DNA of 32,000 nt, taken from the NCBI RefSeq assembly GCF_000195755.1, contig NC_002937.3:3390001-3422000 (forward strand), read 5' to 3'. Every line of letters starts with the position of its first letter. Position 1 is the first letter of the stretch. The stretch comes from Nitratidesulfovibrio vulgaris str. Hildenborough. Lineage in GTDB: Bacteria > Desulfobacterota > Desulfovibrionia > Desulfovibrionales > Desulfovibrionaceae. This document shows, piece by piece, positions 8,387-16,864 of the stretch. The notes below the pieces were generated by a model, which made no database searches, was not told the DNA's origin, and saw only the letters and a list, made by a program, of their open reading frames with translations. The position numbers and the translations under genes are program-made.

Positions 8387-8397
8387 CGGCAGCTCCA

Positions 8398-9495
8398 CTA
8401 TGGTTGACGGGCCGCGGGGCCGTCGGAGGTTCGTCCGGGCAACTGGCGCTTGAAGACCAGCCGCCACAGTGCGCTCTCGCTGGCGGAGACGAGGCTGCCA
8501 CGCAGCCCCGGCCCGAACGAGAGGGCGGACACGGGCAGACCGTTCGCCGCGGCGACGTTGACCAGTGTTCCGTAAGTACAGGCTTCGTCCAGCTTCGTCC
8601 AGACGATGCTTGCGGTTCCGGGTGCGCCGTAGCGGTTCACGAAGTCCGCCGTCTGCTGCCCCCCGCAGTGCGGGGGCAACACGAGGTGCACCGCCACATC
8701 GTCACCGCCCAGACCGAGATGGGCGAGGCGTTGCGTCAGGGTCTCGCCTCGGGCGAGTCCGGGCAGGTCGACGAAGACGCGGTCTGCGTCACAATCGAGG
8801 GCCGCGCGCATGGCACCGTCGTCGGCGGCCTCGGCATAGCCGAAACCGGAGAGTTCGGCCCAGTGGCGCAGCAGCAGCCTGCCGTTGCCGCGCTCGCAGT
8901 CGGCGTTGACCACCTGCACGCGCCCGCCTGCGGATTCCGCCCCCTGACCGCGCAGGGCCATGCGCACCAGCGTGGTCGTCTTGCCGCTGCCGAAGGGCCC
9001 GGCGAAGACGTGCACCCGCTGCGGCCACGCCTCGCGCGACCACGGCTTCACCGGCACCATGCCGGTGAGCGGTTCGAGAACCGAGGCGCCCGGCGAGGTC
9101 AGCAGCCGACGGTACAGGGACATGAGCACAGTATCCTCCACGCCCTCGCGTTCAAGGAACTCCAGTGCAAGCCGCTGGCGCGGGGTGAGCTGTTCGAGGC
9201 GCAGCCCCGGCTTCATCAGGGCGAGCAGGTGTTCCTTGATGCACGACCATTCGCGATGCCACGACTCCCAGCCGGCGGGCAGTTGCGAGGGGTCGCCCCC
9301 GTCTGCCGCCGCACCCGCCCCATGGGGCGTGCTGCCGTTGCCGTTGCGCTCCACGCCTGCGGTCACCTCGCAGAAACGGCGTCCCTCCTTGCGACCGGAA
9401 CGGGTGGAGAGAATGACGGCGTCAGGGCCGAGTTCGCTCTTTATCTGGGCCAGTACGGCCTGCGTAGAGGGGCCTGTGTACGTCTTTACCTGCAT
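8398..9495 (-). CDS. flhF: Flagellar SRP-type GTPase FlhF
   Basis: The N-terminus MQVKTYTGPSTQAVLAQIKSELGPDAVIL is a typical FlhF B-domain start. The G1 motif is GPFGSGKTTT and the SRP-GTPase pattern is DLPG...TKLDE. The start overlaps the flhA stop (TGATG). Confidence 0.9.
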   Translation of the reverse strand: MQVKTYTGPSTQAVLAQIKSELGPDAVILSTRSGRKEGRRFCEVTAGVERNGNGSTPHGAGAAADGGDPSQLPAGWESWHREWSCIKEHLLALMKPGLRLEQLTPRQRLALEFLEREGVEDTVLMSLYRRLLTSPGASVLEPLTGMVPVKPWSREAWPQRVHVFAGPFGSGKTTTLVRMALRGQGAESAGGRVQVVNADCERGNGRLLLRHWAELSGFGYAEAADDGAMRAALDCDADRVFVDLPGLARGETLTQRLAHLGLGGDDVAVHLVLPPHCGGQQTADFVNRYGAPGTASIVWTKLDEACTYGTLVNVAAANGLPVSALSFGPGLRGSLVSASESALWRLVFKRQLPGRTSDGPAARQP

Positions 9496-11606
9496 CAGTC
9501 GACCACCACGTTACCTACGGCCTGAAGCCGGATGTCAGGGGGAATCTCCGCTTGCGAGAGCACGGGGATGTTGGGGAGAAAGCGCATGAGCAACTGGGCG
9601 AGATGGGGGCGAGTGCCGGGCTGCGTGAGCACAACGGGTTGACCGTCGGTGCCCACGGCATTCTCCACCTGCGTGTTGACGCTCTGGATGAGCCGCTGCG
9701 CGGTGGATGGGTTGAGAGCGAGATAGGCGCCGCCTTCGGTCTGGCGGATGGAGTCCTGAAGAGTGCGTTCCACATTGGCGTCGAGCGTGATGATGGGCAG
9801 CGTGCCTTCGCTGTCCATGTGCGGCTTGACGATGCTGCGCGCGAGACGTTCGCGGACGTATTCGGTGAGGGTGTCGGGGTTCTTGATGGCGGGGCCGTAG
9901 TCGGCCAGTGTCTCGACCACCGAAAGCAGGTCGCGCACCGAGACGTTCTCGCGCACGAGGTTCTGGAGCACCTTCTGCACCACACCCAGTGAAAGGACGC
10001 CGGGAACCAGTTCCTCCACGGCCTTGGGGGCGTGCTTGGAGAGGTTGTCGAGCAGTCCCTGCACTTCCTGTCTGCCGAGGAACTCGGAAAGATGACGGCG
10101 GAAGACCTCGGTGAGGTGCGTGGCGATGACCGTGGACGGGTCCACCACCGTGTACCCAGCCAGCATGGCCTCTTCCTTCTGCGATTCTGGAATCCACAGC
10201 GCGGGCAGGTTGAACGCGGGCTCGCGCGTCTCGATGCCCTGAATGCGGTGGCGCGCCGTGCCGGGGTCCATGGCGAGGAGATGGTCGATGAGAATCTCCG
10301 CCGACGTCACCTGGTTGCCCTTGATGAGCAGGGCATACTGCCCCGGCTTCAGCTGGAGGTTGTCGCGCAGGTGCAGCGAGGGGATGACCACGCCCATGTC
10401 CAGCGCGAACTGACGGCGGATGGAACGGATGCGCGTGAGCAGGTTGCCGTTCTGCTCCTCGTCCACCAGCGGAATGAGGCCGTAGCCCACTTCAAGTTCC
10501 AGCGCGTCGAGGGGCAGCAGCGCCTGCACCTCTTCGGGGGTGTCGAGGCTGTCGCCCTTGCCCTTGGCGGCCTTGCCGCCAGCCCGCTTGGCGTCTCCCT
10601 GCGCTTCGTCCCCGTCGCGGTCGCCAAGCAGCTTGGCGAAGAAGAAGAGCGAGGCCGAGAAGATGAGGAAGGGCACCGTGGGCAGTCCCGGCACGAGGGC
10701 GAAGAGCAGCAGCACCCCGGAGACGAGGCGCATGGCGCGGGAGTTGTAGGTCAGCTGGCCGAGGAACTCTTCACCCATCTTCGCTTCGGAGGCAGCACGC
10801 GACACGATGATGCCCGCCGCCGTCGAGACGATGATGGAGGGGATGGTGGAGACGAGACCGTCACCGACGGTGAGCAGGGTGTAGGTGGTCAGGGCGTCGC
10901 GCCACGGCATGTCCTTCTGGATGATGCCGACAAGCAGGCCGCCGATGATGTTGATGAGGGTGATGAACATGCCCGCGTTCACGTCACCGGAGACGAACTT
11001 GCCCGCACCGTCCATGGCGCCGTAGAAGTCGGCCTCCTTGCGGATGTTCTTGCGGCGTTCGTTGGCCTCCGTCTCGTCGATGAGTCCGGCGTTGAGGTCG
11101 GCTTCGATGGCCATCTGCTTGCCGGGCATGGCGTCGAGGGTGAAGCGCGCGGCCACTTCGGCGATGCGGGTGGTACCCGCCGTGATGACGTTCTTGTTCA
11201 GGATGAACAGGATCATGAAGATGACCGCGCCGATGACATAGCTGCCGCCGACGACGAACTCGCCGAAGGCGCGAATGACCTCGCCCGCGGCGTCCGTCCC
11301 TTCGTCGCCGTGCAGCAGGATGAGTCGCGTCGAAGCCACGTTGAGCGCAAGGCGCAGCAGGGTGGTCACCAGCAGCAGCGACGGGAAGATGGAGAACTCC
11401 AGCGGCGACATCATGAACATGGAGGTGACGAGAATCACCAGCGAAAGCGAGATGCTGCAACAGAGCAGGATGTCGAGGAAGAACGTGGGCAGGGGCACCA
11501 GCATGACGAAGAGGATCGTCACCACGCCCCCGGCAAGCAGGATGTCGCCCTGTTTGGCGAAACGGGCGTAATCTATGCGGGGAGCGACACCGGGTTGCGA
11601 AGCCAT
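9495..11606 (-). CDS. flhA: Flagellar type III export gate protein FlhA
   Basis: FHIPEP family signatures are present (FPSLLLVTTLLRLALNVASTRLILL, GDGLVSTIPSIIVSTAAGIIV) along with a large C-terminal cytoplasmic domain. I prefer the ATG at 11606 (MASQPGVAPRIDYARFAKQGDILLAG) because AGGTG lies 8 nt upstream and the N-terminal length is then canonical. The ORF-track ATG at 11669 (724 aa) is the alternative. Confidence 0.9.
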   Translation of the reverse strand: MASQPGVAPRIDYARFAKQGDILLAGGVVTILFVMLVPLPTFFLDILLCCSISLSLVILVTSMFMMSPLEFSIFPSLLLVTTLLRLALNVASTRLILLHGDEGTDAAGEVIRAFGEFVVGGSYVIGAVIFMILFILNKNVITAGTTRIAEVAARFTLDAMPGKQMAIEADLNAGLIDETEANERRKNIRKEADFYGAMDGAGKFVSGDVNAGMFITLINIIGGLLVGIIQKDMPWRDALTTYTLLTVGDGLVSTIPSIIVSTAAGIIVSRAASEAKMGEEFLGQLTYNSRAMRLVSGVLLLFALVPGLPTVPFLIFSASLFFFAKLLGDRDGDEAQGDAKRAGGKAAKGKGDSLDTPEEVQALLPLDALELEVGYGLIPLVDEEQNGNLLTRIRSIRRQFALDMGVVIPSLHLRDNLQLKPGQYALLIKGNQVTSAEILIDHLLAMDPGTARHRIQGIETREPAFNLPALWIPESQKEEAMLAGYTVVDPSTVIATHLTEVFRRHLSEFLGRQEVQGLLDNLSKHAPKAVEELVPGVLSLGVVQKVLQNLVRENVSVRDLLSVVETLADYGPAIKNPDTLTEYVRERLARSIVKPHMDSEGTLPIITLDANVERTLQDSIRQTEGGAYLALNPSTAQRLIQSVNTQVENAVGTDGQPVVLTQPGTRPHLAQLLMRFLPNIPVLSQAEIPPDIRLQAVGNVVVD

Positions 11607-11681
11607 GCTTTTGACACCTGTCTGCCGGGTTTCCGGCGTTCCGGGGTTGTCTTTCGGGTTTCCGGGCATCCCCGGACGGGG

Positions 11682-12755
11682 CTACACCCCGCGCGCCTGC
11701 GGCCTGAACTTGGCGAGGCCCGCGAGAATGGCGGCCACGGCCTTGTAGAGTTCGGCGGGGATCATGTCCCCGACTTCAACACTCTTATACAAGGCCCGTG
11801 CCAGCGGCTTGTTCTCGCGGATGGGCACGTTGTGCTCGCGGGCCACCTCGCGGATGCGCTTGGCCAGATGGTCGGCACCCATGGCGACCACGATGGGGGC
11901 GGGGGCCGCGGTCACGTCGTAACGCAGCGCCACGGCGATGTGCGTGGGGTTGGTTATGACCACGTCCGCCGTGGGCACCTCCTTCAGCATGCGCTGGGCC
12001 ATGACCTTCATCATCTTCTGCCGCTGCTGCGACTTGACCACGGGGTCGCCTTCCGCCTGCTTGCGTTCGTCCTTCACCTCGTCCTTGGTCATCTTGAGGT
12101 TCTCGTTGTAGTCCCAGCGCGTGTACCAGAGGTCCACGGCGGCGATGATGACCATGGGCACGAGGGCGTACTTCACCATGCGTGCCCCCGTCTCCAGCAT
12201 GTAGACGGCGATGCCCGACATGTCGGCGAAGTAGAGGGGCAGCAGGTTCAGCATCTCCTGCTTGAGCACGATGATGGGCGCGATGCCGATGAACACGGCC
12301 TGAAGCAGGCTTTTGCCGAGGCGTATGAGCGTCTGCGGCGAAATGAACATGCGCTTCAGGGCGTTGATGACGTTGAAGCGCGACCAGTCCAGTTTGAAGA
12401 CCTCGGTCGTCCACAGCTTGCCCACCTGAAGACGCATGGCGATGAAGGCGGCAAGGCCGATGAACAGCATGATGGGCAGAAGCATGATGGCGAGTTCGCC
12501 CGCACTCCACAACAGCAGCGAGTAGACCGTCTGTTCATTGGGCGTGAAGTCGTGCGGACGCGAGAGGAAGAAACGAAAGACCTCCTGCATGTGCTCGTTG
12601 AGCACACCCAGCATGAACGTGATCGCCACAAGGCCCGCGAAGGTGGTGACCGCCTTGGAGACCTCCTGCGACTTGGCGACGTTACCCTTGTTGCGCGCCT
12701 TGTTGAGGCGTTTTCGGGTCGCCTGTTCTGTTCTGCTGGGGTCTTTCTGTGCCAT
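11682..12755 (-). CDS. flhB: Flagellar export switch protein FlhB
   Basis: The N-terminus is MAQKDPSRTEQATRKRLNKARNKGNVAKSQE. There are four TM segments and the NPTH autocleavage motif (VVITNPTHIAVALRYD). GGAAAGGA lies upstream of the ATG. Confidence 0.92.
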   Translation of the reverse strand: MAQKDPSRTEQATRKRLNKARNKGNVAKSQEVSKAVTTFAGLVAITFMLGVLNEHMQEVFRFFLSRPHDFTPNEQTVYSLLLWSAGELAIMLLPIMLFIGLAAFIAMRLQVGKLWTTEVFKLDWSRFNVINALKRMFISPQTLIRLGKSLLQAVFIGIAPIIVLKQEMLNLLPLYFADMSGIAVYMLETGARMVKYALVPMVIIAAVDLWYTRWDYNENLKMTKDEVKDERKQAEGDPVVKSQQRQKMMKVMAQRMLKEVPTADVVITNPTHIAVALRYDVTAAPAPIVVAMGADHLAKRIREVAREHNVPIRENKPLARALYKSVEVGDMIPAELYKAVAAILAGLAKFRPQARGV

Positions 12756-12821
12756 GTGTCATGTCCTTTCCGTGAAGGGCCTCGCCCCTCTCTTCGTCAT
12801 GGCCGGATACGGCCTGCCCCC

Positions 12822-12848
12822 ATATTCCGGGCACCATATCTGGGCACC
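12822..12848. repeat. Imperfect tandem direct repeat ATAT(TCC/CT)GGGCACC x2 in the fliR-flhB spacer
   Basis: Read directly from the sequence: ATATTCCGGGCACC (12822-12835) is followed immediately by ATATCTGGGCACC (12836-12848). Confidence 0.6.
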
Positions 12849-12879
12849 ACAGCCGGGCGGCGCGTGCGCCGTGGCCGCG

Positions 12880-13671
12880 TCAGACACCCTTGGGGCTTAC
12901 ACCGTGCAACAGGTGCAGCATCATGGGCGGCATTCCGATGATGAACTCTTCGATGTACTGTGCGAGAATGGTGAACAGGAGCCCCATGAAGAAGAATCCC
13001 ACGGCGATCTTCAGCGGGAAGCCGATCATCAGCAGGTTCATCTGCGGCGCGGCGCGGGCCATGAGCGCGAGGGCGAGTTCCACCAGAAAGAGCGTCACCA
13101 GCACCGGAGCGGCTATCTTCACCGCGATCACGAACATGCCCCCCGCGAGGCGCACCAGCTCATTGGCGACGGCGGGATTGGCCACCAGCCCCCCTGCGGG
13201 CACCAGCGCGAACGATTCGGCGAAGGCACGCAGCAGAAAGAGGTGCCCGTCCAGCGCAAGGAAGGTCAGCAGCGATACCATGTAGAGGAAATGCGAGGTG
13301 ATGCTTATCTGCGCCCCGGAAAGGGGGTCGGCGATGCTTATCATGGTGAACCCCATCTGGAAGCCCAGAAGCTGCCCCCCCGTCTGGATGCCAGCGAAGA
13401 GGAAGTGCACCGCCATGCCCAGCACCAGCCCCAGCACCAGTTCACTGGCGAGCATCACCACCAGTTCGAAGGGATGCGACGGCATGACAGCACCCGCCAG
13501 CGAAAGGCGTGGCCACAGGGCCATGGCCATGACGAGGCACAGGGCCACCTTCACCTGCATGGGCACGGCGTCACCGCCGAAGAAGGGCAGCAGGAACATC
13601 ACGAGGCTCACGCGCATGAAGGTGAGCAGAAAGCCAAGGGTGGTGGCCGGGTCGAAAGCGAAGAGGTCCAT
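12880..13671 (-). CDS. fliR: Flagellar export apparatus protein FliR (263 aa)
   Basis: This is a polytopic membrane protein. The N-terminus MDLFAFDPATTLGFLLTFMRVSLVMFLLPFFGG is typical of FliR/SctT. I chose the ATG at 13671 rather than the ORF-track start at 13773. The SD is weak. Confidence 0.85.
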   Translation of the reverse strand: MDLFAFDPATTLGFLLTFMRVSLVMFLLPFFGGDAVPMQVKVALCLVMAMALWPRLSLAGAVMPSHPFELVVMLASELVLGLVLGMAVHFLFAGIQTGGQLLGFQMGFTMISIADPLSGAQISITSHFLYMVSLLTFLALDGHLFLLRAFAESFALVPAGGLVANPAVANELVRLAGGMFVIAVKIAAPVLVTLFLVELALALMARAAPQMNLLMIGFPLKIAVGFFFMGLLFTILAQYIEEFIIGMPPMMLHLLHGVSPKGV

Positions 13672-13775
13672 GCCACGAGGTGAGCAAAATACGGGCCACG
13701 AACGGACATACGGCACGACGGCCTTGCCTTGCCACGCGGATTCTGGCACTGCCCGTTGAAACGCAAGGAGCATCC

Positions 13776-14378
13776 ATGGATCTGTTGCCCATCAGAAGGG
13801 CGCTCTTGAGCGCCACCGACAAGGGCGGTCTGGTCGAATTCGCCGGTTTTCTGGCGGAGAACGGGGTCGAGCTGGTCTCCACCGGCGGCACCTACAAGAC
13901 GCTGGAGGCGGCTGGCCTTACGGTCACCCCCGTCAGCCGCGTGACGGGCTTCCCCGAGATTCTCGGCGGGCGCGTCAAGACGCTGCACCCCCATATCCAC
14001 GGCGGCATCCTCGCCGACAAGGACGACCCGGCCCATATGGACACGCTGAAGGAACTCGGCATCGTGCCGTTCGACCTCATCTGCGTGAACCTCTACGACT
14101 TCGCCAGTGCCGTGGCCAAGGGGCTCGACCTGCGCGGCGCTGTGGAGGAGATCGACATCGGCGGACCGTGCATGCTGCGCGCCTCGGCCAAGAACTTCCA
14201 TTCGGTGCTGGTGCTGCCATCCCCGACGCACTATGCTCGCGCCATGGAAGAGATGCGCGCCAACGCCATGGGTGTGACCCTGGACTTCCGCCGCGAGATG
14301 GCCGCGCTCACCTTCGACGCCACGTCGAAGTACGACCGCATGATCTCCGACTACCTGTCCGGCACCGCGAAAGCCTAG
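13776..14378 (+). CDS. purH: Stand-alone IMP cyclohydrolase (MGS-like N-terminal domain of PurH only, 200 aa)
   Basis: The sequence RRALLSATDKGGLVEFAGFLAENGVELVSTGGTYKTLEAAGLTVTPVSRVTGFPEILGGRVKTLHPHIHGGIL...IDIGGPCMLRASAKN matches the PurH IMPCH domain almost motif for motif. The ORF stops at the usual domain boundary and no AICAR transformylase domain follows. AAGGAG lies upstream of the ATG at 13776. Confidence 0.88.
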   Translation: MDLLPIRRALLSATDKGGLVEFAGFLAENGVELVSTGGTYKTLEAAGLTVTPVSRVTGFPEILGGRVKTLHPHIHGGILADKDDPAHMDTLKELGIVPFDLICVNLYDFASAVAKGLDLRGAVEEIDIGGPCMLRASAKNFHSVLVLPSPTHYARAMEEMRANAMGVTLDFRREMAALTFDATSKYDRMISDYLSGTAKA

Positions 14379-14552
14379 TGTCGCGTCCATCCTGAAGCGC
14401 GGCACAGACGTGACGCGGCGTCAGGATACCGCCGAAGCGCTCCGGACATGGCGTGAACCGCGTTCCGCGCCATGCGACGCAGCCGGAAGGCTTCAGCTGA
14501 AGAAGTCATCGCATTCCGGGGCGTCACGCCCGCTGCCACACCACGCCCACAC

Positions 14553-14581
14553 CCCGCACGTCGCCCTTCGCGGCGTGCGGG
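14553..14581 (+). promoter_or_regulatory. GC-rich hairpin immediately upstream of the putative hflX ribosome-binding site
   Basis: CCCGCACGTCGC (14553-14564) pairs with GCGGCGTGCGGG (14570-14581) as 12 bp with one G.U pair and loop CCTTC. GGGAG follows at 14588-14592. The function is unknown. It could be a leader structure or a U-tract-less terminator for the upstream gene. Confidence 0.35.
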
Positions 14582-14599
14582 CCTCACGGGAGCACCACC

Positions 14600-16387
<1,788 letters not shown>

Positions 16388-16415
16388 GTCGTACGCGCAA
16401 CAGGGCAGGTCACCG

Positions 16416-16461
16416 GACGCGTCTCGCGTCGAGAATCCGTTCCGATTTTTCGTGTTTTTTT
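16416..16461 (+). terminator. Candidate hflX terminator region (hairpins followed by T-rich tracts)
   Basis: GACGCG-TCT-CGCGTC (16416-16430) forms a 6-bp stem. A weaker A/T-rich stem follows (CGAGAATC...GATTTTTCG), then T5 and T7 runs ending at 16461. The geometry is not textbook. Confidence 0.35.
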
Positions 16462-16776
16462 CCAATATCCAGCGGGGACGACCTTTTTCCGGAGAGGCCG
16501 TCCCCGTTCTGCGTCCGGAGTAACGCACACACACATCCGCGCCCGTCGGGGCTGGTGCGCCATGCCGGGCATACAGGATAGGGCCGGACATGCCGGACCG
16601 AGCGTGACCGGACAACACAGGCCGAACAGGGGCTCGTCGCCCGTGGTCAGGGGACTATGGATGTGTGCATTCCGTGGCATCACGGCAGGGTTCGCGCGAA
16701 GGCCCGTGGCGACCGGAACAGACGCGTGGCATCCGGCAGACACCGGGTACTGCTCCAGCGCTACAGGTACACGGCC

Positions 16777-16813
16777 CACGTACCGGCACACGTACCGGCA
16801 CATGCTCCCGGCA
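16777..16813. repeat. Tandem direct repeat CACGTACCGGCA x2 plus a degenerate third copy (CATGCTCCCGGCA)
   Basis: Read directly from the sequence: 16777-16788 and 16789-16800 are identical 12-mers. 16801-16813 shares the CCGGCA core. The repeat lies about 50-90 nt downstream of the stop of the minus-strand 887-aa gene. Confidence 0.7.
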
Positions 16814-16864
16814 CATGATCAAGTCGCGTGACACCCGGCCTCATGCACGCCGTGCACTGCGCAG

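Noticed and set aside
10032-12941. A 969-aa ORF on the + strand, the longest ORF in this part of the window.
   Set aside because: It lies antisense to flhA, flhB and fliR and runs straight through their intergenic spacers. Its translation is dominated by H/D/G/R/E/V with no recognisable motif. The opposite strand carries unmistakable FlhA, FlhB (NPTH) and FliR sequences. Long open antisense frames are expected opposite genes with G/C-rich third positions, because stop codons are AT-rich.
16388-16864. The long spacers (16388-16864, 22628-23029, 24407-24782 and 25275-25790), searched by eye for tRNA, SRP RNA, RNase P RNA, 6S-like or riboswitch signatures.
   Set aside because: I could not recognise any diagnostic motif, such as a T-loop GGTTCGAATCC, the RNase P GAGGAAAGTCC box, or the SRP GGAAGCAGCC helix. 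Structured RNAs remain possible, but I cannot name them from the sequence alone. A covariance-model scan is needed.
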